Positions 1 to 12,199 of a DNA stretch of 64,000 bases are shown here, piece after piece; the first letter of the stretch is position 1; every line of letters starts with the position of its first letter. The position numbers and the translations under genes are program-made. This DNA comes from Marsupella aquatica (Eukaryota > Plantae > Marchantiophyta): assembly GCA_973895155.1 (NCBI GenBank), contig OZ316898.1, positions 18,983,292-19,047,291 on the forward strand, read 5' to 3'. Below the pieces are notes generated by a model. The model ran no database searches. It was not told the origin of the DNA and saw only the letters and a program-made list of their open reading frames with translations.

Positions 1-280
1 TTATGTTCTCTTGGTGTTCCTTTTTTAATAGTAAAAATGGTTTCTTAAATGTTATAGTAATTGAAGAGTTTCTTTCTACCCATGGTTATTCCAAAAATTG
101 CTAATTAAATAGAAAAATCATACAATCTATTGGAAAACACTGATATATCAATCACAACCCATCCAAAGATTATTTTCTTTTACACCCTTTCACCCCTTTC
201 TTTATTTATTTGAAATGTTATTTTTCAGTTTTCAATTGTTTTTACATTTACAAGGTCCAACTGTTTTTCTTTGACTTGTT

Positions 281-1724
281 TCAAACCAAGAAAAGACTTA
301 ACAAGACCCCTTTGGCATCTCCTGAAGGTAACAGTCCAGCAAGATGCCATGAAGACTTAACAAGACCCCTCTGACTGTCCACCGTCGCCAAGTTCTTGTT
401 GGAGTGCACACAGTAAGTCACACACTTATTGTTGAGTGTGTGTTTCACACTTGGTAAGAGCAGTATGTTTTAGCAAAGACTTTAGCAGGAGAGTTTAGGG
501 AGGGAGTCTTGAAGAGGCTGGGAGAGCCCAAAGTTCAACGCGGGAGGAAGTCAAAACTTTACTTTTTTGAATGAAAAACATTGGCAATCGATAGCTCCAG
601 TCTATTGAAGGAGGAAAACAGTGCCCCAAACCTCTATGGTCTTTGTTGGATCGTGGACATTGTTGGATCATGGACGCTACGCTTCATCGGATTGTGTTGG
701 ATGACTAAAATGCTGGCGACCTCCAAGGTACCACTACCTTATGGAATCATGATTTTGTTTTGAGATTTAAGGGTGCCTCCTCTATTCTGAAATCCAAAAG
801 AGTGGAAGCTGATTGCCTAGCTCTAAGGTACATTATAAGTTATTGAGATTCAATCGTCCACTTAGAAGTGTGGAAAATTTGGAGTTAACAGGCCAGGAAG
901 GGCTGTCATTCTTGTGAGGCGGCAGGCAAGCTTTGCCGTCGAATGTGAATCGCCAAAATTGAATACCAGGGGGCACCTAGCAGGGTCGCCCTTTGTATTT
1001 TATGGCGCCTTGAGTAATTGGTCAAAATTAAGAAGAAAATCAATGTAGCTTTCCCTCTGCTGGTCTGCCATCACCAACAATTGACATAATAGGTCAAAAT
1101 TTCAGTCAACATAATATACCCTATGTGCGATCATCTTCAATTCATGAGCAATAATTTCATGCCCCAAAAGTGCTAGCTGATATTTGATTTGAGACTGAAT
1201 GAGTGAGCCAGAATCAAGATTTCATTGGCACCTGCCAATGCTTTTGTTGAGAGGAATTTTGCTTTTGAGACTAGTTACTTTCCAGCTCAATGGAGATTTA
1301 GAAACTAGACGAGGACAATGGTCTTCCAAGACCGGTTTCAATCTACATTTCTTATCATGGCTTGTTTAGATTGGATCATGTCATCCCTGTGCATTGGTTA
1401 TGTTGAAACTCCCTTTCCTGGCTCCCTTCCCCAACATTTGCTGTTCTACTGTTTGAAACTGACCTCGCCACTTGCTGTTCATGCTTGCCCAAAAAGCTTC
1501 TTCAAGAGCCTCGGCTAAATCACCTCTACTCTGGTCCCAAGTCGACTAAATTGTGTACTGATGTGCTGTTCTTGTATGACAATGACTCATGCTCTGATAA
1601 CCACTCCATCAGAACCTGACAACGGTGTGCAGTCACAAGGATCTGGTTAAGTCTTGATGGCATTTTGTTGGACAGTTAGGTCCAAGAGATGCCAATGGGG
1701 TCTTGTTAAGTCTTTTCTTGGTTT
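281..1724. mobile_element. Decayed TIR DNA transposon, possibly hAT-like, with ~125-bp imperfect inverted repeats at 281-406 and 1602-1724
   Basis: aaaccaagaaaagacttaacaagacccc...ggcatctc (283-321) is the reverse complement of gagatgcc...ggggtcttgttaagtcttttcttggttt (1686-1724); pairing continues inward (381-406 vs 1602-1628). Internal 1207-1263 reads ARIKISLAPANAFVERNFA, resembling the hAT dimerisation motif PAxSAxxERxFS. No intact ORF. Confidence 0.5.
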
Positions 1725-1904
1725 CAAACACACATAGTCTTGTTTGGTGCTTTTTGCATAACTAACTGTTCTTGTTTGTGACCAATAGTATTGATGTGGC
1801 TGCACGTGTTTCCAAGGATTTTGGAAGGAACTTCTCACGGGGGTCCTTAACAAACATGCAAAAAAACATTGAAAATTTTGCAAAAACAACTAGGGCAAAA
1901 TCAC

Positions 1905-1986
1905 ATGTCCGTACCATACGGACACAGCCCATCTCAACTGGCCTCACCGACATGGGGTGTTCGTACGGTACAGACGCCCCGTAGTG
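1905..1986. mobile_element. Possible CACTA-type terminus with subterminal inverted motifs
   Basis: Ends in cgtagtg (reverse complement CACTACG), preceded by the inverted motifs gtccgtaccatacggac and gttcgtacggtacagac. Partner end not found. Confidence 0.25.
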
Positions 1987-2544
1987 AAAAAATTGGGAAA
2001 AACACAAAATTTTCCGTCACAACTTGGCTGTCCCTTTGAGATGATGTGACAACTCATATTAGATTCATTGATGGACTTGACTAATAACTGATGAGATTAA
2101 TTTACTCGTTTGATTCATTGCCTTGCTAGACTAATGTACTTCTGGCCACATTGGATTTTGCCTTTTCGTGTGTAAAGCAAAATAATGTGATGGTTGGGGT
2201 GGGGTTCAACTTAATCGCCTGCTAGGCGTCCACATCCCTTCAGTTCTTCTTTTCTTTCTTTTGTTTTCTCTCTTTTGTTTCTCTTTTTCTTGTCTCGTGG
2301 TTCCATGCCCTGGGCAGTTGTGCGGGCATCTAACTACATAATTGCAATGGGAACCTACTGTTCATCTAGAGTAAGCCTGCAGACCATGACATTGGGAGGT
2401 GTAAGTGAAGTTGACGGTGCAGGTGGAAAACGGGTTGGGGGCAAGGTGAGTCTCTAAAATGGGGTAGCGTGGTCACTAGAAATAAACTGAATTCAAAGTT
2501 GAATGGGGAAATGGGCTTGAATGTCCACACATCTATTTATGTTA

Positions 2545-3730
2545 GCAAAGGACCATGCTTGGATAATGTTTGAAATGGACCCATGTTGGATGACGTATCT
2601 TCAGTTACTTTTAGCAATAGACCCATGTTTGGCCGCTATGCTTTGAAAATTTGGGCATACGTCCATGCTCTCCTAATTTCAAAAACTAGTCCATGCCCTG
2701 GCCTGAAAATCAAATAGGGTAATGGCTCAACTTGTTCAAAGACTTATTTGATCTTCCTTTGGTTCTCATTGGCAGTCAAAGTCTATTGTTCGATCACAGA
2801 CCAGCTCTGAAGCGGGCTCTGTGGAGTGAAGCCTGGAGGGCATAATTTATCATGTAACAGAAAAAATTTGATATTTAGACTAGGCTTGCGAGTAGGGAAA
2901 GGGATTGACAGTTTGGGTGTAGTGAGCGCTGCCTATGCGAATGCAAGGGTATTTGGGCTAGTGAATAGTAAGGTAGTTGTTCCCTCCTACAAAAGAGCAG
3001 TCTCATGAATTAAGAAGTAAGTTAGACCCACCTAACATGTTGCATAGCATGGAACCTGTTGCAGCATCAGCACAAAATCTCCCATCCACAAAAAGGCTTG
3101 ATAGGGTGCTCAGATGGACAAATAGAACCTTGACAAACACAATCCATGCATTAAATTATACTCCAATAGCACTATTTACTTTGTTTACTACTCTTGGTTT
3201 TGTTACACTAGGGCTTTATCGTGTCCATGCGAGTGTCCATAACCAACCTTGTGGTCCATGGTGGCTCTTTGTTCCCCATTATATAACAACAAGCAGTTAT
3301 AGAGCATTTCACTGTCCACTTCTTAGATCTAGATTAAAATGATTAAAATTTGAAGGATAGCCTTAGGTGTTCTCAACAGCACTGCAGCCTGTACTCAATG
3401 ACCCATGCTAAGCTAATCTTAACACAGAGGAGCCCATGCCCAGGTAATTTCAGAAGTAGGCCAAAGCTTGACTAATTTGTGCATACCCAGGCCTAGCTAA
3501 TTTAAGCAACAGAACAATGTTTGGCTAATTCAGCAGAGGACCCATGTGGATGAAGTATGCTCAGCCAATTTTAGAAGTGGGCCCATGTTTGACCACTCAT
3601 GCTTGGAAATTTTTTGCATGGGTCAATGCTCAGCTAGGTTTGGAATTTGTCCATGCCGGGCTTGAAGATCAAAGAGGGTCATGGCTCAACTTGCTCAAGA
3701 CCTCATTGGTCTTCCTTTGGTCCTCCTTGA
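2545..3730 (+). repeat. Diverged ~150-bp direct repeat (2620-2770 vs 3580-3730) within ~30-bp cccatg...ctaattt minisatellite units
   Basis: atggctcaacttgttcaaagac...cttcctttggt vs atggctcaacttgctcaagac...cttcctttggt; repeated ccatg-containing units at 2545-2700 and 3400-3660. Confidence 0.6.
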
Positions 3731-6259
3731 AGCCACCAACTCACTAAAAGAAGCAAAACCGTACTGCGTCCATGCTGAAAACACCGGTTAGGAGCTAGTT
3801 TATTGAAGTTAATATGAAAACCTTTAAAGAAACATATGCCTGCTCGAGGGAGAGAAGGAGGAGCAAAGATAAACTACTCGGGGAAAGAAAACAAAGTAAA
3901 CCCATATGAAACCCACCCAATGCCCAAGAGCAAATGAAGGAAAAAAGGTCATGCTGAAACTTAGCAAGTTAGGGGTGATGAACAACATCAGTAAATAAGT
4001 GGAAGGCACATAGGCAAAGGAATTCATGGCAGTTTTCCAAGACTATTTAGAACTGCTTAAAGCAGGACGTGATGCTCTATTAGAAAACCTCCTAAAACTA
4101 AGAGACAATGCAATGAGGGTGGATATGTTTGAGCTTAACTTTAAAAATCAACTTGAGAAAACATGATGTTGATATGGACCCCATATGGACCTTCCCATGG
4201 CAGAGATAGTTTTTTTTAAGAAGAAATGGCGTTTCCACCTTTGAATTTGTGACATTTTCACTATACATGTACCAACATGGCCTACGGGCTATCCAGCTTG
4301 AGGGTCTCACTATGTGGAGACACGCCAATTGCTTGCGATCATTTGGAAAAAATTTCATACTCTAAGAAGTTTACAAATGAGGAAATCTAAACCAATCAGG
4401 GGATGACAATTGGCATTGATTGTTCAATTTTGAACCTTACTCAATATAAGTTTTATTAAGTTCTTCAAAATGTTTTTAAACAATTCTGTGTTGCACGTGA
4501 TGGTCTGCCAGTATAAAAAGGAAGCCCCCAAACTTATAATGATGCATAACACACTTTCTATTACATTTTACTAGTATGGCAGAAAACAAATAGAAAAATC
4601 CACAAAATCCATTGGAATGGAATGTTGTATTTCTTTTAAAGTGCAGTAACTACCCCAAAGCAAGAGCTTAACTGGGTTAATAACTTGTGTTGACAAGTAA
4701 GGAAACAATGATTTTTAGAAAAAAATTCAGGGAACTACGTCAAATAAGATGTTACCAAGAATGAAACAAACTATGTCCACTGAGCAAGACAAGGTGCTCA
4801 ATAGTGCTTGCCTATGCACTAGTAGCACTTCATCTTGCAAATGTCTGAGACTGTGGGTAGTAGTGCCTGGTTTTCCCTGGGCAAAGGTGAGGTGAAGGGC
4901 TCTACCTTGCGGTGAGAGATATATGACTCTACCTGGAAAATCTCTGTCCAACAATGGCCTTCCTAGTTGACCATATACATTGCCCCCTACAAGCATGTAG
5001 AACCACAGGGAAAAAATGGTTGCCAACAGGTGAGAGTGGTAGGGTACCCGCCCCCAAGTGGGAGTAATGGGATGTAATCCCAGACGTAGGTGATCCCCAG
5101 GGTGTTACAGTCCATTATTCCCAAGTGGGAAGTCAGGATAAGTAATTGAACATAAAACCCAAGTGCATTTTTGAACCATTCACTTCATTTATACATTGCA
5201 AAAGTTTCTCCTATTACTGTCTGTCACTTGCACCTTACCATATTTCTCATTCAAATTTTAGAATCCCGGTCAGGCTGGCATTGGGGAGGCATTGGGTTTC
5301 CCTAGCTTCACCCAAGTGTCTCATAACCATGTATTGACATAAAAGGAAAAAGTTAATGAGGGGTTTACAAACAGGTGTGAGGCCCAACACAACACTTCCT
5401 CCCTTCCAACCCTTAATTGATGCCGTGAAGTGTAATTTTTGAGGTTTTTTGGGGGGTCCTTAATCATGTGACCTTATGTCAAGGAGTAGATACTAAGAAT
5501 TATCCTTTCCCTATTTTTTCTAGTCTTATTTCTGATCACTATTCTCCCTAGATTTAAGGATAGCTATTAGATTATGGCTAATGGGATCTACTAGGTGTGA
5601 AATTGGCTAATGGAAGACAAAAAACTTAGCAAATTTTAGCCACTAAAAACAATTCGGCCCAAGGGCCAGACTACAGAGCATATACGATAAAATGTAGCAC
5701 TTTGAGGTGAATATCACTCTTAGCACATACGACACTCGAGCCTCAAAATTGACAGACGTTCACATGCGACAATTATAAACCTCAAAGTTCACACCCAGCG
5801 ATGCCCAGACTCATGATATCTTTGTGGCCAAAACCTTCTGTAATAACATTCTTGTCCTTTCCACTGTCATGTCTCGTCAAATCAGGTCGTGTTGGGTATG
5901 TTCTCTACTACAATTCCGATGCTCCTTCCAATCACAACCAGAACGGACAGGTGCGAGCCAACGTTTACAATCTGTGACTTCAACCCAAACCAAATTTCGA
6001 CTCGTGGGCACCTGATTCCAGCTCCGAGGACTTCCCACAGCGGCGACATCTGCAGAGTCTCCAGTACGTTTAGCAGTACCCAATTCTTCAAGCATTGGAG
6101 TCATCTCGTCCCTCCGAAGGGAACGACTTCCATGTTGAGGTTTGGAGCGGACAGCCGTCGTGGCCCTCAAGCACATGAACGATCTCTGGCTTTGAAGGGA
6201 TTGCAGCCACGAGTGTAATACTATGTAATCATTTTGCTCTGTGAAATAAGTTCCTTTCG

Positions 6260-6760
6260 TGTGTCGAATATACTCAATCATAGCAGAGAAGAGTTCCATT
6301 TGTGTCGAATATACTCGATCACAGGATAGAAGGAGGGATCGATCGAATATTTCAGTCCTTTTGTCTCGAATTTACTCAATCACAGCATAGAAGTCGGGTG
6401 AAACTATCTGGCGCTTTGAAGGCATTGCATTGCAGGCCCCCACCAGAATGGTCCCTCTGTAATTCGGTTGCTCTGTAAAGTTAGCGCTGGCGAATTTGGC
6501 TTCTGCCGCCTCGAATATTCCGGATCACAGAGTGAAAGAACGGTGCTTTGCGTAGTAAACACTGGGGAATCCTTGGTGCCTTGAAACATACTCAATTACA
6601 GCATAGGATTGCTCGGAAGGGAAGACTACGGGACGAGGCTATTGGGTTCTAATTGCTCTATGCTTTGTACTTCTAATACTCGATTACAGCATAGGATTGC
6701 TCGGAAGGGACGACTACGGGACGAGGCTATTGGGTTCTAATTGCCCTGTGCTTTGTACTT
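6260..6760 (+). repeat. Array of ~6 copies of a (tcga)atactcaatcacagcatag motif, including an ~87-bp tandem duplication at 6588-6760
   Basis: Copies near 6262, 6303, 6363, 6511, 6588 and 6676; the unit atactc(a/g)attacagcataggattgctcggaaggga...ctttgtacttc occurs twice in tandem. Confidence 0.8.
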
Positions 6761-7670
6761 CACGCGCTCCATAAATTTACTTTTAGTTGCTCTCTAACAA
6801 TCTTTTGCTTGTACAAATTTCGACTAAACCTTTGTAGGCCTGGAGAACTTCAAAACCCGTTCATTCATTGTTCATTCTAAACAAGCACTCTTTGTGACCA
6901 CATACCTTGGTTTCGCACATCTATAGTCTCTCTAAATCCTACAGCTGCGGCCACAATAGACCACATTTGTCTCTTGTCCAGGAAAAGTGAAGAACACGTG
7001 CAACCTCTGAGCAATCGAAGATTCTCCGCACATGATTCTCTCTAAAATGGAGGTGTCAATTCCAGAGCAACTGAAATCTCGATTCCGAATCTGCATGACA
7101 ATGCATGTACTCGTTAGCTCTCTTTACGAGAGAAAACTAGACTTCCAGAACAAATGACTGGACGCTGGGTTCCACTGTCCATGGAAAGTGGTAATTCCAC
7201 AAAATGGAAAGCTCAGTTCCAAATCTTCAATGCGAAATATGAAACAATTTGAACTAAAACTCTTTCCCAAAAGAAGTGAATGAAGAGCCGTGCAGTCCCG
7301 GAAGGAATGCCCTACCATTAGAAAGGACAGGATGATTCGGGAGCGAACGGAAGCGAGTCATCCGTGTGGTTCCAAAAAACTGCAACGCAGGCCCGTTGAG
7401 CCCACTTCAAAGCTTGAGATTATGCGAAGCTTTCATGCTTTATGTCAAGAGTAACCTATCCACAGATTGTTGAGTATAGCAATGGCTGAACTGAGGGAGC
7501 TGCCAACAACAATCTCCGGAAGATCGAACAGGCTACAAAGTTATCACAAACTCGATCCAACTAAAATTTCGTTCATCTATCACGAATTCGATCTCATTTC
7601 TCACCTTCTTTGGTAATCGATGACTTTATCACTAACTATGTCTTCCGAGACAAGACATTCTAACCTAAAC

Positions 7671-8522
7671 CTACACTAGGGACCGCAGACTATCCTCACA
7701 TGCCAGACTTCGAGCCACCATTTCCTTCAAATTCGCTATACTAAAGAAAGGCTGCTGCAAAACACTCGCATGAACTAATTGCCGGAGCCGCGACTTCGAG
7801 TGCTTGTCATACTTCTTCAGAATCTTCAGCAAGCCCACATAGTTGAGAGAGCTGTAGTTCATGAGCAACACCATCTCCCCATGAAGGGTAACTATTAGCC
7901 TTTGTACATCGATCAGCTCGTCGTGAGTGAAACGGTCAATGGCTCTGCCGCTTTGTACACGCTTATCCTTCAACTCGTCCACCTTCTCTTCCAAAAGGGA
8001 CAAACGGATGAGGAACTCCTCTTCTTTCTCAAGAAAGAAAGCATTGAACTTATGGAGTTCGATTTTCACCAGCTGAAGAAAAAACTCATCGTTCTCAGTG
8101 AGACGCTTGGCGCTTCGGTCCTGCTCTTCCCCACCACTAACACTAGCCTCCTGTGTCTGCGGAAAATCTCCAGTCTCCGAGAAATTGTCGGTGGGAGACC
8201 CCTCTCTATCGCCTTTCCTCTTCTTGTGCTGTTCGAAGAGAAAGACGTCATCTGACTTCCGTTTCAGCCCCTCCGCTCCCTCTTCTCCATCGCGCAACTC
8301 GTCGAAGGTCACGGGAATCAGAAAGGTGTGCCCGTCCTTGCTCGCGCGAGGCGCATCCATGATTGCGGCCGTCAGGAACGTCATGGGTGCGGGCGTTCCG
8401 AAGTGCGTCAGACGATTCTTCCCCTTCAGACGCTTCTTCAACTGCTTGTAGCATAGAAAATTCGGCCTCCACTCTGGAAATGCGTGGTCGAGCTGGTACT
8501 GGAGCTTCTTCCCAAACTTCAT
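7671..8522 (-). CDS. SPX: SPX-domain-only phosphate/inositol-pyrophosphate sensor, intronless, 283 aa
   Basis: Starts MKFGKKL (ATG at 8522); WRPNFLCYKQLKKRLK, ELHKFNAFFLEKEEEFLIRL, LHGEMVLLMNYSSLNYVGLLKILKKYDK and VLQQPFF are hallmark plant SPX1-4-class motifs. Confidence 0.95.
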   Translation of the reverse strand: MKFGKKLQYQLDHAFPEWRPNFLCYKQLKKRLKGKNRLTHFGTPAPMTFLTAAIMDAPRASKDGHTFLIPVTFDELRDGEEGAEGLKRKSDDVFLFEQHKKRKGDREGSPTDNFSETGDFPQTQEASVSGGEEQDRSAKRLTENDEFFLQLVKIELHKFNAFFLEKEEEFLIRLSLLEEKVDELKDKRVQSGRAIDRFTHDELIDVQRLIVTLHGEMVLLMNYSSLNYVGLLKILKKYDKHSKSRLRQLVHASVLQQPFFSIANLKEMVARSLACEDSLRSLV

Positions 8523-8594
8523 CTTTCCCTCCCCGCTCTGCCCGAGCTCTTCGAATGCTATTTCCAAACGTCCAAACGACGACCAAACCCTCAA

Positions 8595-8762
8595 CTACTC
8601 CCGAATATGACAATATGGAGATAAACCAGGTAAAAAGAGCGAACACGCCCAGCTAGAAAGCCACAACCACGTCGCCGCCTGAGACGCCACCAACGCTGGA
8701 AGCTGCCATCTCCTTTCTTCAGAATTTAGATACAGTCGCCTCGCAAAACGGAACCCCAGCAT
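8595..8762 (-). other. Putative uORF (55 aa, MLGFRFARRLYL...PYCHIRE) in the SPX leader; an overlapping 18-aa uORF lies at 8653-8709
   Basis: ATG at 8762 and TAG at 8595-8597, 72 nt before the SPX ATG; lies downstream of a strong acceptor cttttctttctgcag (~8896) that pairs with a donor gtgagc near 9517. Confidence 0.4.
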
Positions 8763-9666
8763 GAAATGCAATAAGCTTGTAGACAAGCCGAAACCTGCAA
8801 TCAAGCCGTGTAGCGAAAACTCAGAGGCACGGTGCCGCTTCCCGCTCGAAATGTTGTCCCCTCGCTGGCCGTGATGCCCCCGAGTAGCACGACAGCTGCA
8901 GAAAGAAAAGTCGAACCCGAACGCCGTGGGAGACCAATCAATCGAATAGCCCTCCACTGGCAAGAACCCTAAATAATGATAATTCTCAACCGAGAACCAG
9001 TAGACGATAACGCACCCTCAATCAAGATTTTCGCCAAAACACCTGCTGCCTCCACAGCGCACCTCCCCTTTCCTCCAAGTCCGAGGATAGCTGACGCCGA
9101 AAGGAAAAGCCACAAATTTCCGACGACACCCGGCACCCCAAACAAGAACTCCGGCACTCCCTCCCTACTTCACTAAAATCCGCTCGAAACAAACAACGCC
9201 ACGAACCTCTCCGTGGAAAGCGATTACGAGGACGCTAACACTCCAGAGCCCGCCGTGTGAAACACTACCCCGCCAGCCGAATCAGAAATTGACCCAGAAA
9301 CCCGAGGCGACTCCACTGAAGAGCGATGATCGAGAACCAAAGAAACTCGAATACTTTGCAACGATTCCAACGTAGAGCGATGGAAGAGAGCACCAAAGAA
9401 ACTGGAGGACGGACCAACGCATGAACAGCTAACGAGAGACAACGAGAGAGAGAGCGAGAGAGAGAAAGAGAGAACAAAAACACAGAAATGCCCAATCCAC
9501 AATCGGAGTGAGCTCACTCAGAAACAGAGGCGGGCGGACCGATTCATCTACAACAACATAACCATCGCTCCAAAGCTCAAGTGCCTTTTCGGCCCACGAG
9601 AAGTGATCGAAAGTAAGAGTAGAGTGGAGTGGAGACTGTCTCACGACATAGCCTCTCTGCCCCGTC

Positions 9667-10057
9667 TTATTATTAAGGACACCGTCTAACGCTCTCGACT
9701 CTCGGGGGGTGGTGGGACAGCCTAGCCAGTCTTCTGGCGGCGCTCGTCCCCCGAACCCCGTCTACTCAACGCCAACATTCAGCGGTCCCGCCGAAGAAGC
9801 GTCTCGCCCCCCGTCTAGCGACGGGTTTGGCAACGGTTTGTCGAAGGAGAAGAGTCGGGAAGATCCCTGCATCGGGGACAGGATGCTTTGGTTCTCGGGA
9901 TATTCGGGGAATGTTCGCTTATCCGCTGAGTCACGTACTGGGCATGACGTACGGTCGTCGGACACCGGATCTCGACAGCATATTCTTGTCTACGGTTAAT
10001 GGTCGCCCCTAACCGTACAAGTCCCCGGACCGGATATATTGACGGCTGCGTATATCC
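9667..10057 (-). promoter_or_regulatory. SPX promoter: TATA-like element plus three perfect P1BS (GNATATNC) PHR-binding sites
   Basis: GGATATTC 9898-9905, GCATATTC 9978-9985 and GTATATCC 10050-10057; TTAATAATAA on the minus strand at 9667-9676; CT-rich leader downstream. SPX genes are established PHR1 targets. Confidence 0.8.
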
Positions 10058-10329
10058 CCATTTACCTGAGGTACAAGTAGTGCAACAATAATAGAGTCGG
10101 GAGTACGGGCTATAGGTCCACTCAAAACTAAAGAATCATTGAAATTGTTGGGTCATGTTTTTGTTTTGGATATCAAAGATTATAATACAACGTTGTGCGT
10201 TTTGTTTCCCTGTTCGTCATTCAAATTTCACGTGCAATTTTGGGTAAATAAAATCAAAACAATAATAATATATGAAAATAATAAACAGGAAAAAGGATCA
10301 TGTGTGCCTGATGGAGGCCATGGCTTGCC

Positions 10330-10520
10330 TTGCCCTGTCTGCCTCGCAATTGATTCGGCAAACAAGGTTTGCCAAGGTTTGCCGCACCACTCGCCAGCCT
10401 CGCCCTGTGTGCCTTGCAATTGATCCGGCAAACCTTGCTTGCCGCACCACTCGCCAGCCTCGCCCTGTGTGCCTTGCAATTGATCCGGCAAACCTTGCTT
10501 GCCTCACCACTCGCCAGCCT
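10330..10520 (+). repeat. 60-bp GC-rich tandem repeat, ~3 copies
   Basis: gccgcaccactcgccagcctcgccctgtgtgccttgcaattgatccggcaaaccttgctt occurs identically at 10381-10440 and 10441-10500, with partial flanking copies. Confidence 0.95.
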
Positions 10521-11554
10521 CATCTCACCACTGCCTGCTGCCTTGACTTGCCACGGCCTGCCTGCAGGCGTCAACCGACGACCACCCAACACGCCTGGAC
10601 CCCGCCTGGACCTACAATGAGCTCCGGCCCGACCAGCACAAGGCCCGACGATGACTCTCCATTGCGACAAGCATGGACTGTGCCAGGCCTCCCCGCCAGA
10701 CCCCCCGCCAACAGCCCTGGCAACGAGCCTGGACTCGGCCGCCAGCCCTGACAGCCCGAGTCAACAGCCACAGCCCAATGACCAGAGCCGATGACCCCGC
10801 TCCGGCCCTAGCGCTGCCTGGCTTGCCCCGGAGTCGGTGGACTCCCCTCCCCTCCCGCTCCGCCACTCCCTCGCGCCTTTGCCTGGACTGGCCTGACTCA
10901 GCCCAGGAGTCGATCAACTCCCCTTCTCAGGGCCAGAGTCAGTCGACTCCCCTTGCACGGTAGCCGCTTCGATGGACAGCCGCTTCGATGGACCACTCAC
11001 TGAAGCTTCCACCCCCAACTCCGGCCAAGTGTCACGCCTTGCCTGACCCTCACAATCACGGCCAAAGTTACCCTACTCTGCCTCGCGCGGCTGTTGACCC
11101 TCATCTCCGAGGCCTGACCCTCACCTGACCCTCGCTTAACTCCTGTCCCTCCTCTTGGAGTGCGGCCGCGACCGGCTGGGGAGAAACCACCCTGGGTGTT
11201 GGGTCCAGGTGCATTGAAACACCCAGCGTCAGGTCAGTCGTGCACGGCCCTAACTGAACTCCTTTCCTTGGTTCCAATGGTTTGAACTTCCCAAAGTGCT
11301 CTCAACCTTGCTGTTATTTGTTGCCACCTGATTTCGAATTGAAAGACTCATGGGTTGGGGGGCCAAAATATGAGGACCAAACGTGGTGCGAGGGTGGCAG
11401 GTCCAAGAGTGAGGCTATATGAGGGGACCACCTCCTCTCAAACATCCAAGTTGGAAAGTGTTGCAAACCACACCACCCCCCAAGGGGGCATGGTGTTGGT
11501 GAGTAAGGAGCCGAGCAAACTTGGATGAGGTTATAAAGGGGTTCCATGCAAGGG

Positions 11555-11800
11555 GTAGGAAAAAGGTTTGTTGAAAAGTGGGTCACGCAGTGTCGTTGCC
11601 CCAAGGGATTTGGCATTTGGGCGGACAAAGCCAAGTAAATGGCCGTGACAACTTTAAGTTAGAAGCTGAAAGTAACAGAAAACCGGGGCTTACCAATGGG
11701 TTCCAGGATGGAAAACGTAGGAAAAGGGTTTGTTGAAAAGTCAGCCATGCCCTGCCGTTGCCCCAAGGGATCTCGGCATTGGGGCAGCCAAAGCCAAGTA
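11555..11800 (+). repeat. ~85-bp diverged direct repeat
   Basis: gtaggaaaa(a/g)ggtttgttgaaaagt...cgttgccccaagggat...aaagccaagta at ~11555-11638 and ~11717-11800. Confidence 0.8.
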
Positions 11801-12199
11801 GGCAAACATGGGTTTACATAGGACAAGATGCACAACTATTGGAAGCAAGAGGAACGTTGCCAAGGTTGGGTGGGTGGGAGACAGGGACCCTTATAAGATG
11901 TGTCATTGACAAATATTGGGCTCCTTCCTTGGCTCCTTCTAATATCTCATGTCTCTTGCGATGGTGTGGCCCAACCAGAATTCAACTTACTTAGGGTATG
12001 TTGCGCTTGGAATTGGGCATGTAAATTTGAATCACTAACAATACATGTGCGTTGGATGCAGACAACAGACTATGGACGAGACCATAAGTAATTAGGGGTT
12101 TCTTTTGCTGAGGGTACCATTGCCAACATACCTCCTCCCGGCTAGGTATTGGCAGTTTGGCGTGAGAGATATGCCAAAAATAAAGATGTCATTAATGAA

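Noticed and set aside
5877-6299. 140-aa ORF as a gene or FAR1/MULE zinc-finger fragment
   Set aside because: Only a vague C/W/H pattern, and it overlaps the repeat array; insufficient support.
8523-8594. 24-aa N-terminal extension of SPX in the ORF track
   Set aside because: Begins at a non-ATG codon; SPX proteins start at MKFGK.
10228-10963. Overlapping ORFs of 66-159 aa
   Set aside because: By-products of GC-rich tandem repeats; open in many frames on both strands with no recognisable domain.
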